Under the pieces are notes generated by a model. It was given only the letters and a program-made list of their open reading frames with translations, was not told where the DNA came from and made no database searches. A program made the position numbers and the translations under genes. Positions 9,810-18,282 of a stretch of 64,000 bases of DNA are shown here, piece by piece. How positions within the stretch are numbered: position 1 is the stretch's first letter; every line of letters starts with the position of its first letter. Source of the stretch: Candidatus Uhrbacteria bacterium. GTDB lineage: Bacteria; Patescibacteriota; Patescibacteriia; UBA9934; GWF2-40-263. The DNA is taken from the NCBI GenBank assembly GCA_016219925.1, contig JACRJU010000015.1, positions 4,672-68,671 on the forward strand. The letters run 5' to 3'.

Positions 9810-10466
9810 ATGAGAGATGGTTTTCGCCCCACGGGGGAGGAATTGTGGAAAGCCTCAAAAGATCATGAGCCGGAAGCAACCGGTGAGCCGATCCCCCTTC
9901 CGGAAGATGTTCGTGAGTCGGTTGAGATGTATCGCACCACCATGGAGCACGAGTTGCTTCAAGATTTTGGTTTGCCAGAAGTCCCTCCTCAAATTTTGGC
10001 TGAAATGGAATCCGTTGTTCGCTCGATAGAAGCCGCGGTGCGTGAAAAAGGTTTTGTGGATGAATGTGATGAATCGGTGATGGATCAACTTCGCATTTTG
10101 GCGATCAAAACGAGCCACTTTCAAGAAGATCCGCAACACATCGTTTTGAAATCCATACCCGAAGAAGGTTTCCATGTTTCCTATCGAGAAAAATTTGGAG
10201 AAACGCACGAGCGGATGATGACCGAGGATGAACAAGACTTCCTGTTTCAGTTGGAGATGTGGGCAGATCAAATGAATGGGTTGAAGAATGTCGAATCATT
10301 CAAAGCGCTCGCGAAGGTCATGAAAACTCGAGCGAAGATGAAGCCGGAAAGTTCGCGTGAGGCATTTGTCATTGATGAAATGAAAAAAAAGTATGAGGCG
10401 CATGGATTTACGCCTGAGCAAGTGCGTGATCTCCTGCTTCTTTCCGAAACGGAGGACATTTCTTAG
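9810..10466 (+). CDS. Hypothetical acidic protein
   Basis: The ORF has coding-like composition and no recognisable motif. Start chosen at MRDGF. Confidence 0.4.
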   Translation: MRDGFRPTGEELWKASKDHEPEATGEPIPLPEDVRESVEMYRTTMEHELLQDFGLPEVPPQILAEMESVVRSIEAAVREKGFVDECDESVMDQLRILAIKTSHFQEDPQHIVLKSIPEEGFHVSYREKFGETHERMMTEDEQDFLFQLEMWADQMNGLKNVESFKALAKVMKTRAKMKPESSREAFVIDEMKKKYEAHGFTPEQVRDLLLLSETEDIS

Positions 10467-12242
10467 TTGATCCCAGAAGGACAAGAACCCGGTCTACAAA
10501 AGTTAAAGATCATGAAAGAAGTTTGGGAGGCTTATTTATCCGGTGAGGAAAAGACGCGTTATTTGAAACTTGCGGCTGGCTTGACGGTTGTGGGGGCGGC
10601 AGAGGGGATCGCTCCTTCATTGATCGGTCTTGCTATGGATAATCCAAGCGCAAAAATGGCCGCCATGCTTGCTCTCGGTTATCTTGGAACGCAAACCGTG
10701 ACCGGATGGGTTCAGAAAAAATTATCGGTTGACTTTGATCGTTTTCTCCATGACATCATGCAGAAACAGGAAGGATTGAATCAACGCTTGGCGCGCGATC
10801 TGGCCTTTCAACCCGGAGAACGCATGGCTAAAGGTGAAAGTCGTGGAAAAATCACCGCGACGCTTCGACGATCGCAAGATGCGTTTCAAGATATTCTTTA
10901 CTCGGTGGCAAAGACCCAAGCGCCTGCGATTGCGAGTACGGTCGTTGGTCTTGGAATGATGCTTGCAAATGATTGGCGACTTGGACTCGTGAGTTTGACG
11001 AGCGCTCCCATCGCGGTCGCGATTTCAAGACGCAATGAAAAGAAATCTGGACCGATTATTGAGGAGGCTTATCGAAATGAAGAAAAGATTGCTGAAGAGG
11101 TGGAGGATCAACTTCTTGCGCATCAGGATATTGTTTTAAGCGGGATGCGGGAACAAATGGCAGGACGTCTGGAAGGGCTTGCCAAGAAGAAAGGAGATCT
11201 CTCGCACGAACGTCGTTCTGCTCGACAAGGGATGCAGTTTCAATCGCAGACGCTTAACGGCGGAGTGTTTGCGGCTTTGACAGCGGGAGGGGTCGCGCTT
11301 CGGGAACTGGGAGTGCAACAAAGTGGGGCGATCGTGACCGCTCTTGTTTATAGCGGGATGTTTCGAAATAGTTGGGATCAAATCGTTTATGCAAATAATT
11401 CTCTTCTGGAAAGTCTCAAATCTATTGAGATGATGGAGGAGGTTTTTAACGGGTATGCAGATGCAGAGGTTGAGGCGGATGATCAACGGATCGGGGCTTC
11501 AGAAATTGAAGAATACTCCTTCGAGGTGGATCATGTTTCTCTTGGGCTTGAAGGAGAAGGAAAAATCATTGATGACGTATCTTTTCGCGTTCCAGCCGGA
11601 GGTGTCGTGCGTTTAGAAGGGAAGAGCGGTCAAGGAAAGACGACGCTCACGCGGCTTATGTCTGGATACTATCAACCGAGCCAAGGAGAAATTCGAATCG
11701 GAGGGCACGCGGTTTCGGAGATAAAAAAAGCTGGTCCCGATTCTCTTTATGCGCGTGTCGCGTATCTCTCACAACATCCCTACATTTTTGAAAGTGGGAG
11801 CATCAAAGATAATTTAGCGTTCGGGAATCCGGACGTCACGGATGATCAAATGCGGGCTGTGCTTCAGGAGTTGGAATTAGCCCCTCGTTTTACAATAAAA
11901 GGGGTCCTTCAGCTCGATGAGAAACCCCAAGGACTTTCTGGAGGAGAAAAAGCACGATTGGGTTTGGCGCGTGTTTTGTTGAAGATTCGGTCTCACGAAA
12001 ACGGTGGGGTGGTCTTTTTGGATCAGGCCACCGAAGAGCTTGATGAACAGACTGAAGCGCAGGTTGCCCATATTCTTCTTGAAGAAAAGAGACAACGTCC
12101 CAACACAACGTTTGTGATCATCAGCCATCGTGAGGAATTTGTTGAGGCGTTATCTCATCCAAAAGAGGGAGAGGGACTTTCGATACAACGCGTCCGTTTA
12201 AGTGGGGGGAAACTTGTGGAGGATTCATCTGTGGTAAACTAA
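10467..12242 (+). CDS. ABC transporter, fused N-terminal membrane/helical domain and C-terminal ATPase
   Basis: It has Walker A (GKSGQGKTT), the ABC signature LSGGEKARL, and Walker B (VVFLDQATEELD). The start is TTG at 10467 or ATG at 10512. Confidence 0.75.
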   Translation: MIPEGQEPGLQKLKIMKEVWEAYLSGEEKTRYLKLAAGLTVVGAAEGIAPSLIGLAMDNPSAKMAAMLALGYLGTQTVTGWVQKKLSVDFDRFLHDIMQKQEGLNQRLARDLAFQPGERMAKGESRGKITATLRRSQDAFQDILYSVAKTQAPAIASTVVGLGMMLANDWRLGLVSLTSAPIAVAISRRNEKKSGPIIEEAYRNEEKIAEEVEDQLLAHQDIVLSGMREQMAGRLEGLAKKKGDLSHERRSARQGMQFQSQTLNGGVFAALTAGGVALRELGVQQSGAIVTALVYSGMFRNSWDQIVYANNSLLESLKSIEMMEEVFNGYADAEVEADDQRIGASEIEEYSFEVDHVSLGLEGEGKIIDDVSFRVPAGGVVRLEGKSGQGKTTLTRLMSGYYQPSQGEIRIGGHAVSEIKKAGPDSLYARVAYLSQHPYIFESGSIKDNLAFGNPDVTDDQMRAVLQELELAPRFTIKGVLQLDEKPQGLSGGEKARLGLARVLLKIRSHENGGVVFLDQATEELDEQTEAQVAHILLEEKRQRPNTTFVIISHREEFVEALSHPKEGEGLSIQRVRLSGGKLVEDSSVVN

Positions 12243-12248
12243 ATTCTT

Positions 12249-12716
12249 ATGAAACTCGAATCAAGAAAAGCCGCGCCGGATTTTACCCTGCCGGATCAAC
12301 AGGGAAAGCCGCACACTCTAAGCGATAGCCGAGGGCAATGGGTCCTCCTGTATTTTTATCCGAAAGATGATACGCCGGGATGTACGCAGGAGGCCTGCGG
12401 CATTCGGGATCACTTCCTGCGTTTCAGGCGTGCCAAATTGAAGGTGTTAGGTGTTAGTGTGGATTCCGTCAGGAGCCATGAGAAGTTCGTCAAGAAATAT
12501 GATCTGCCGTTTGTTTTGCTTTCGGATACAGAAAAAATGGTGGTTAAGACTTACGGCGTTTGGGCTAAAAAGAAATTTATGGGCAAGGAGTACATGGGAA
12601 TCAATCGCACGTCATTCTTGATAGACCCCGACGGAATCATCGCGCGCGTGTATAAAGATGTGAAGCCTGCGATCCACGCCGAACAGGTCTTGGACGATCT
12701 GAAAGGTTTGTTATAA
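12249..12716 (+). CDS. bcp: Thiol peroxidase / peroxiredoxin Bcp
   Basis: The motif FYPKDDTPGCTQEA matches the Bcp/PrxQ active site. Confidence 0.85.
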   Translation: MKLESRKAAPDFTLPDQQGKPHTLSDSRGQWVLLYFYPKDDTPGCTQEACGIRDHFLRFRRAKLKVLGVSVDSVRSHEKFVKKYDLPFVLLSDTEKMVVKTYGVWAKKKFMGKEYMGINRTSFLIDPDGIIARVYKDVKPAIHAEQVLDDLKGLL

Positions 12717-12761
12717 TGCGAGCGACAATGAATGAAAAGGTAACTACCAACCATTGGGTGA

Positions 12762-12838
12762 AGACGGATTTGTGACCATGTCTCCGGGCCAACGGACTTA
12801 TCGCCGTTGTTCCTTCCGACATGGTCACAAATCCGTCT
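12762..12838 (+). repeat. Conserved-core hairpin element, copy 1: 20-bp perfect outer inverted repeat enclosing a core ending in an inner CAACGG/CCGTTG hairpin
   Basis: The outer arms are GACGGATTTGTGACCATGTC at 12763-12782 and GACATGGTCACAAATCCGTC at 12818-12837. The core is TCCGGGCCAACGGACTTATCGCCGTTGTTCCTTCC. It lies between bcp and rplI and ends about 18 nt before the rplI ATG. Confidence 0.8.
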
Positions 12839-12855
12839 CATGTCGTATCATAATT

Positions 12856-13302
12856 ATGAAAGTCATTCTTCTTGTAGACGTTAAAGCGCTGGGAAAGCAG
12901 GGAAGCATCGTTGAAGTGAGCGACGGGCATGCCCGTAATTTTCTTTTTCCACAGAATCTCGCTGTTGCTGCCACTCCCGAGGCGCTCGAGAAAAAACGAT
13001 TGCGAGAAGAAGCGCTAAAAAAAGAGTCTCACAAAGAGTTGAGTCTTTTTGGCGATCTGGCCGCGAAACTCGACGGGCATGAAGTCCTGATCGAGCAGAA
13101 AATGAATGACAACGGAACGCTCTATGGCGCTGTCGGTGCAACACAGATCGCCTCTGCGCTAAAAAAAGACGGCTTTAAGCAAATTGATTCATCCATGATT
13201 CATCTCGATGAACCCCTTAAGGAACCGGGAGAGTACGCCGCCAAAGTTGTGCTCCCACACGGTTTTGAGGCGGACATTCGAGTTATTATCGAAGGGAAAT
13301 AA
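12856..13302 (+). CDS. rplI: 50S ribosomal protein L9
   Basis: [37 protein letters not shown] is a canonical L9 N-terminus. Start at ATG 12856; the upstream in-frame extension runs through the hairpin repeat and is rejected. Confidence 0.9.
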   Translation: MKVILLVDVKALGKQGSIVEVSDGHARNFLFPQNLAVAATPEALEKKRLREEALKKESHKELSLFGDLAAKLDGHEVLIEQKMNDNGTLYGAVGATQIASALKKDGFKQIDSSMIHLDEPLKEPGEYAAKVVLPHGFEADIRVIIEGK

Positions 13303-13304
13303 GT

Positions 13305-14924
13305 ATGCGCCACAAATATGTCTTCGTGATCGGGGGAGTGATGTCGTCAGTCGGGAAAGGAGTCACATCCGCGTCCATCGCTAAACTGATGCAAGCGCGC
13401 GGGTACAAGGTCACCAACATCAAGTGTGACATGTACATCAACATTGATGCGGGGACGATTCGTCCGACGGAACACGGAGAAGTCTTTGTGGGAGAGGATG
13501 GAATTGAGGCGGATCAGGATTTGGGAAATTACGAACGCTACACAGGCAACGCCATGAAGGCAGAAAATTACATTACGACCGGTCAGGTTTATCAAGAAGT
13601 GATTCGCAAAGAGCGCAATTTGGAATACGCGGGAGAAGACGTCGAAGTCGTGCCAGACATCCCAAACGAGATTATTCGCCGCATCCAGGCCGCCGCAAAG
13701 AAAGATCAGGCGGAGATTACCGTTGTGGAGTTTGGGGGGACGGTTGGGGAATATCAGGTTCTGCTTTTTTTGGAAGCCGCGCGCATGATGAAGCGTGCCC
13801 ATCCCAAAGATATCGCTTTTGTGCTCGTGAGTTATCTGCCGGTTCCCAGCCATATTGGCGAGATGAAAACCAAGCCGACCCAGCATGCTTCTCGTACCCT
13901 AAATGAGGCGGGCATTCAGGCGGATTTTATCGTGGCGCGCGGGCCGCATATGCTCGATAAGCCGCGCTGTGATCGCTTGTCGGTTTTTTGCAATGTGGAC
14001 GAAGGGCATGCGTTGAGTGCCCCTGATGTCGAGACGATTTATGAAGTGCCGCTCGTATTGGAAAATCAGGAATTTTCAAAAAAGATGCTTCAACGGTTGA
14101 ACCTCAAACCGAAGAAGAAGGACTTAGAGGAGTGGGGGAAGTTCGTAAAAAAAATTAAGAGTCTGAGACGCGAGTTGAACATTGGGATCGTTGGGAAATA
14201 TTTTGGGACGGGAGATTTTACGCTTTCCGATTCCTATATTTCGGTGATTGAATCCATCAAACACGCATGCTGGTCGCAGGGGGTGAAACCGAAACTCACC
14301 TGGATCAACTCTGAGACTTTTGAAAAAAATCCCTCACAACTTAAGACGCTTTCTTCTTACGATGGCATTATTGTTCCGGGTGGCTTTGGGGAAAGAGGAG
14401 TCGAGGGGATCATCGCCGCCATTCAGTACGTTCGGGAAAACAAGATTCCGTATTTTGGGTTGTGTTATGGAATGCAGCTTGCGTGTATCGAATTCGCGCG
14501 GCATGTGGTCGGCCTCAAAGAGGCTCACACCACGGAGATCAATCCAAAAATAAAAGTTCCCATCATCTATCTCAATCCCCTGCAGGCCCGCAATGTGGTC
14601 GAAAAAAAGTACGGGGCGACGATGCGTCTTGGCGCGTATGCTTGTGAACTCGTTTCAGGAACCAAAGCGCGCAAGGCGTATGGCAAGCAGATGATTTCCG
14701 AACGCCATCGCCATCGATATGAGTTTAACAATGCGTATCTTGAAACGCTTCGAGATGCCGGGTTGGTAATTTCAGGAGTGAATCCACAACAACATTTGAT
14801 TGAAATTATTGAGCTAAAAAACCACCCGTTTTTTGTGGGGGTCCAGTTCCATCCGGAGTTTCAATCGCGGCCGCTTGATCCGCACCCGTTGTTTTTGGCT
14901 TTCGTCAAAGCCTCAATGAAATAG
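13305..14924 (+). CDS. pyrG: CTP synthase
   Basis: The N-terminus is YVFVIGGVMSSVGKG, and the C-terminal glutamine amidotransferase domain contains GLCYGMQ. Confidence 0.95.
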   Translation: MRHKYVFVIGGVMSSVGKGVTSASIAKLMQARGYKVTNIKCDMYINIDAGTIRPTEHGEVFVGEDGIEADQDLGNYERYTGNAMKAENYITTGQVYQEVIRKERNLEYAGEDVEVVPDIPNEIIRRIQAAAKKDQAEITVVEFGGTVGEYQVLLFLEAARMMKRAHPKDIAFVLVSYLPVPSHIGEMKTKPTQHASRTLNEAGIQADFIVARGPHMLDKPRCDRLSVFCNVDEGHALSAPDVETIYEVPLVLENQEFSKKMLQRLNLKPKKKDLEEWGKFVKKIKSLRRELNIGIVGKYFGTGDFTLSDSYISVIESIKHACWSQGVKPKLTWINSETFEKNPSQLKTLSSYDGIIVPGGFGERGVEGIIAAIQYVRENKIPYFGLCYGMQLACIEFARHVVGLKEAHTTEINPKIKVPIIYLNPLQARNVVEKKYGATMRLGAYACELVSGTKARKAYGKQMISERHRHRYEFNNAYLETLRDAGLVISGVNPQQHLIEIIELKNHPFFVGVQFHPEFQSRPLDPHPLFLAFVKASMK

Positions 14925-14934
14925 TCGTTTTAGC

Positions 14935-14970
14935 CCAAGCGGGGTTGACAAAACCCCGTTTTTTTGATAT
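14935..14970 (+). promoter_or_regulatory. Overlapping intrinsic terminator hairpin and sigma70-like promoter (TTGACA, 17 bp, TATATT)
   Basis: The hairpin GGGGTTGACAAAACCCC is followed by TTTTTTT. The same sequence supplies TTGACA at 14942-14947 and TATATT at 14965-14970, 17 bp apart. Confidence 0.5.
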
Positions 14971-15036
14971 ATTTTGTGGTTCCCAAGTTTCTTTTCTCAA
15001 CCCATCACACGCCGGCGAACCGGCCTTGGAGGATCC

Positions 15037-15531
15037 ATGATCGCTCTGATCGAGTTCTTCGTCCTTCTCTTCGCAACGGTGGGTCTGTTCACGCTTGCGT
15101 GGCGGATTCTCCGAAGCGGATGGGGGTACGTCGCCAAGGGCATCGGCTGTATCGCCGTCATCGTCCTGTGGTGGGCGATGATCAATCAGCCCTTCAGCGG
15201 TCGCTGGGGTGGTGACCATGGCGTCCTCACCGACATGATCGCGACCTTTGGAATCATGATCGGGGCCACTTGGGGACTGCGCCGTGTCGGCAACGATCGG
15301 CGCCGTCAAGCAGCGGTCGTGGGAGGGACGCTCGTTCTCCTCGCGCTCATGTGGATTCCGCGCGTGCTCTCTGGCACATTCACCCTCCCGCCTGTGCCCT
15401 CAGCTCCCGCGACGTCCGTCCCTTCACCTGCTCCAGCTCGCGATGCCGGCCCCCGCCACCATCACGCGGGCGGCTTGCTCGACTGTGACGCTCTCTCCTA
15501 CGAGGGCAAGCAGAAGGCTGGTTGCCCCTAG
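15037..15531 (+). CDS. Hypothetical membrane protein with Pro/Ser-rich C-terminus, GC-rich island
   Basis: ATG 15037 is preceded by GGAGGA. There are two or three TM helices and then a PPVPSAPATSVPSPAP tail. The segment is strongly GC-rich. A strong terminator hairpin lies at 15537-15591. Confidence 0.45.
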   Translation: MIALIEFFVLLFATVGLFTLAWRILRSGWGYVAKGIGCIAVIVLWWAMINQPFSGRWGGDHGVLTDMIATFGIMIGATWGLRRVGNDRRRQAAVVGGTLVLLALMWIPRVLSGTFTLPPVPSAPATSVPSPAPARDAGPRHHHAGGLLDCDALSYEGKQKAGCP

Positions 15532-15536
15532 TTCCT

Positions 15537-15591
15537 GCCCGGATCTCAATGATGACCCATCATCTGCGAGATCCGGGCGCTCTTTTTTTAT
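15537..15591 (+). terminator. Rho-independent terminator
   Basis: The 11-bp stem GCCCGGATCTC/GAGATCCGGGC is followed by CTCTTTTTTT. Confidence 0.6.
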
Positions 15592-15621
15592 CAATCTCTG
15601 TGGTGGTATAATCTCGCCGAT

Positions 15622-16158
15622 ATGTTTTCCCCTGGTCTTGTCGTCATCACAGGCCCGATGTTTTCGGGCAAAAGTACGGAGCTCATCCGACGTCTCACTA
15701 TTGCGAAGATTGCCAAGCTTCCCGTACAGGTGTTTAAGCCCGCGCGCGATACACGCACCGCATCGCAGATTTGTTCGCGAGATGGCTGTTGCATTTCAGC
15801 AATCAACGTTTCTGGCCCGGCAGATATTCTCGAGCTCGCCAAAGACGCTCGCGTGGTCGGCATTGACGAGGCTCATTTTTTTGAGGAGAGTCTTGGCACT
15901 ATTGCCATGACGCTTGCACGCAGTGGCAAACAAGTTATCATCGCCGGCCTTAACCTCGATTTTCAGGAACGGCCTTTTGCATGCATTCCCGAACTGCTGG
16001 CTCTCGCTGATGAGATTGTGCAGGTACACGCCTTGTGCACGGCTTGTAACGAGCGTCTTGCAACCCGTTCCCAGAGGCTGTTAGGCGGCCAGGAGCGCTA
16101 TCAGGTGGGCGACACGGAATATGCTCCTCGATGTTTGCACTGCTTCAAGCCTTCTTGA
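15622..16158 (+). CDS. tdk: Thymidine kinase
   Basis: The P-loop GPMFSGKSTELIRR, the sequence DEAHFF, and the C-terminal zinc ribbon CTACNE...C all fit Tdk. A TATAAT -10 lies upstream at 15607-15612. Confidence 0.9.
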   Translation: MFSPGLVVITGPMFSGKSTELIRRLTIAKIAKLPVQVFKPARDTRTASQICSRDGCCISAINVSGPADILELAKDARVVGIDEAHFFEESLGTIAMTLARSGKQVIIAGLNLDFQERPFACIPELLALADEIVQVHALCTACNERLATRSQRLLGGQERYQVGDTEYAPRCLHCFKPS

Positions 16159-16212
16159 CAGTTTTGTCCCATTCCAGCACACTTCTAACTTCTCACTTCT
16201 TACTTCTTCCCT

Positions 16213-16494
16213 ATGGCACACAAAAAAGCCGGTGGTTCCACAGACCTTGGCCGCGATTCGCAAAGTAAACGTCTTGGCGTCAAAGTCGCGGATGGACAGC
16301 CGATTGCAGCAGGACAGATCATTGTCCGTCAGCGCGGCACAAAAATTCATCCAGGCAAAAATGTCCGCAAAGGCGCGGATGATACCTTGTATGCGGCGAT
16401 TCAAGGCATCGTGAAATTTACAAGCAAAAAGGCCGAGAATTTTCACGGAGCGCTCAAAGTGCGTAAAACAGCGAACGTGGAATCCCAAAAATAA
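16213..16494 (+). CDS. rpmA: 50S ribosomal protein L27
   Basis: [10 protein letters not shown]...SKRLGVK...[14 protein letters not shown] is a canonical L27 N-terminus. Confidence 0.9.
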   Translation: MAHKKAGGSTDLGRDSQSKRLGVKVADGQPIAAGQIIVRQRGTKIHPGKNVRKGADDTLYAAIQGIVKFTSKKAENFHGALKVRKTANVESQK

Positions 16495-16496
16495 AT

Positions 16497-16523
16497 CAAA
16501 AACACCCGTTCGGGTGTTTTTGG
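16497..16523 (+). terminator. Rho-independent terminator after rpmA
   Basis: AACACCCG TTCG GGTGTTTTTGG forms a hairpin followed by a T-run. Confidence 0.6.
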
Positions 16524-16565
16524 TTTTGCCGAGGTCCCTATAAATTTGATACCATGAGAGCACCT

Positions 16566-16826
16566 ATGCAAACGATTGAACAACAGATTGAACAGGTTCT
16601 TGAACAGATCCGACCAGCTCTACGATTAGATGGGGGCGGCATCGAGCTTGTGCGTTTCGATGAGGCCACCGGAACCGTCTATGTTCGGATGCGCGGAGCC
16701 TGTGTGGGATGTCCAATGTCGGAGATCACTCTTAAGATGGGTGTGGAGGCGGCATTGCAGGATGTCCTCCCGCAGGTGATGCAAGTGATCGCCGAAGACC
16801 CAGACGCATGTGAGTCGAACCCGTAA
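16566..16826 (+). CDS. NifU-like Fe-S cluster scaffold domain protein (Nfu)
   Basis: It contains the CVGCPMSE CxxC motif and the overall Nfu C-terminal domain pattern. Start at MQTIEQ. Confidence 0.65.
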   Translation: MQTIEQQIEQVLEQIRPALRLDGGGIELVRFDEATGTVYVRMRGACVGCPMSEITLKMGVEAALQDVLPQVMQVIAEDPDACESNP

Positions 16827-17205
16827 GCGCGTAAAACAGTTCTTCAAAACTTTTCGCGAGCTCATCGTGGCCAGCCCACTTTCCCGCTGGACGCTCCTCG
16901 CAAGCTTTTTGATTTTTCTCGCGATGCTTGCCTTACCTATCTGGCGGGTGGTTCCTCTGGCGTCAACCAAGCCGTTTATCCCGCTCCATTACAATATCTA
17001 TTTTGGTGTGGATCGTTTTGGTCCGTGGGAGCAAGCTTTTGTGATTCCAGCGCTCGGTTTGCTCTTTTGGTTCATCAGCGCGATCATGCAAACGATTTTT
17101 TTTCGCAAAGAAAAACTGCTCGTGCGATTTTTTGCGATGAGTACTGTATTCATCGAGCTGATTTTTCTCGTCGCGATCATCTTGCTCATTTTGCTTAACA
17201 TCTGA
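16810..17205 (+). CDS. Hypothetical membrane protein
   Basis: There are three or four predicted TM helices. It is tightly packed directly upstream of mraY. Confidence 0.4.
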   Translation: MSRTRKRVKQFFKTFRELIVASPLSRWTLLASFLIFLAMLALPIWRVVPLASTKPFIPLHYNIYFGVDRFGPWEQAFVIPALGLLFWFISAIMQTIFFRKEKLLVRFFAMSTVFIELIFLVAIILLILLNI

Positions 17206-17206
17206 T

Positions 17207-18262
17207 ATGCCCCTTGAATCGTTTCAAATCGTTCGGGTTCTGCTCTTGAGTGCGCTCGCGTTTGCGACCGCCTTTGCCTGGGCGCCCCTCTTGATGCATG
17301 CCCTGCAAAAGTGGCGCATGGCCAAGACGATTCGACCCGCTTCGGATGCGCCGGTGTATGCAAAACTCCATGCAAAAAAAGTCGGAACGCCAACGATGGG
17401 TGGCATTTTGATCTGGGCGACGGTATTGTTATTGGCGCTGGTTTTTGATGCTCTGTACACGTCCTTTCCGCAAAACGCCATTTTTGCACAGTTCACTTTT
17501 CTTTCGCGCCAGCAGACTTTGCTTCCTTTGGGAGCTCTTGTGGCTTCAGCGATCGTGGGGTTTGTGGATGATTATTTCAACGCGCGCGGTATCGGACCCA
17601 AGGGCGGGGGATTGCGCATGCGTCACCGATTGTTTATCTACACCGCTATTGCGGTGGTGGGGGCATGGTGGTTCCGCGCGAAACTTGATTGGGATTTACT
17701 CCACGTGCCGTTCATTGGTGATTTCAACATTGGCTTGTGGTATGTCCCCTTTTTTATTTTTGTAATTGTGGCCACAGCGTTTTCGGTAAATGAAACTGAC
17801 GGACTGGATGGTTTGGCTGGCGGAACTTTGCTCACCTCGTTTGGCGCCTATGCGATAATCGCTTTCGCGCAGGGGAAATATGATCTGGCGGTTTTTTGCG
17901 GAGTGATTCTTGGAGCGCTTTTGGCTTTTCTGTGGTTCAACATTAATCCAGCCAGTTTTTTTATGGGCGATACGGGTGCGATGGCTTTGGGAGTGACGCT
18001 CGGCATCGTGGCCATGCTCACCAACGCCGCCTTGCTGTTGCCGATTGTCGGTTTTATTTTTTTGTTGGAATCGCTTTCGGTGTTGGTGCAAGTCGGTTGG
18101 CGTCTGACGTTTAAGAAAAAACTTCTTTTATCCGCGCCGTTCCATCACCATCTTGAAGCAACGGGTTGGACCGAACCGCAGATTGTGATGCGGCTATGGG
18201 TGATTTCGATGGTGTTTGCGGCCATTGGAGTCAGTTTGGCTTTGCTTGATGCTTTGATGTAG
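17207..18262 (+). CDS. mraY: Phospho-N-acetylmuramoyl-pentapeptide transferase
   Basis: It is a polytopic membrane protein with the MraY-type motifs GTPTMGG, NAVNLTDGLDGLA-like (NETDGLDGLAGG), and C-terminal HHH. Confidence 0.9.
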   Translation: MPLESFQIVRVLLLSALAFATAFAWAPLLMHALQKWRMAKTIRPASDAPVYAKLHAKKVGTPTMGGILIWATVLLLALVFDALYTSFPQNAIFAQFTFLSRQQTLLPLGALVASAIVGFVDDYFNARGIGPKGGGLRMRHRLFIYTAIAVVGAWWFRAKLDWDLLHVPFIGDFNIGLWYVPFFIFVIVATAFSVNETDGLDGLAGGTLLTSFGAYAIIAFAQGKYDLAVFCGVILGALLAFLWFNINPASFFMGDTGAMALGVTLGIVAMLTNAALLLPIVGFIFLLESLSVLVQVGWRLTFKKKLLLSAPFHHHLEATGWTEPQIVMRLWVISMVFAAIGVSLALLDALM

Positions 18263-18282
18263 AGACCTCTATAAACGCGTTC

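Noticed and set aside
12760-12846. Possibility that the hairpin family is a small self-cleaving ribozyme (hammerhead, twister, pistol or hatchet).
   Set aside because: No CUGAUGA…GAAA core, twister core or pistol core could be found. The core is GC-rich and unlike those families. The idea is not excluded, but there is no positive evidence.
12754-12855. Upstream in-frame extensions of rplI (from 12754), of the 47268 gene (from 47091), of mraZ (from 45105), of the PPIase (from 30998) and of the 62089 gene (from 61957).
   Set aside because: The extensions run through hairpin repeats, tRNAs or terminators and lack RBS support. Internal ATGs with Shine-Dalgarno-like sequences give proteins of canonical length.
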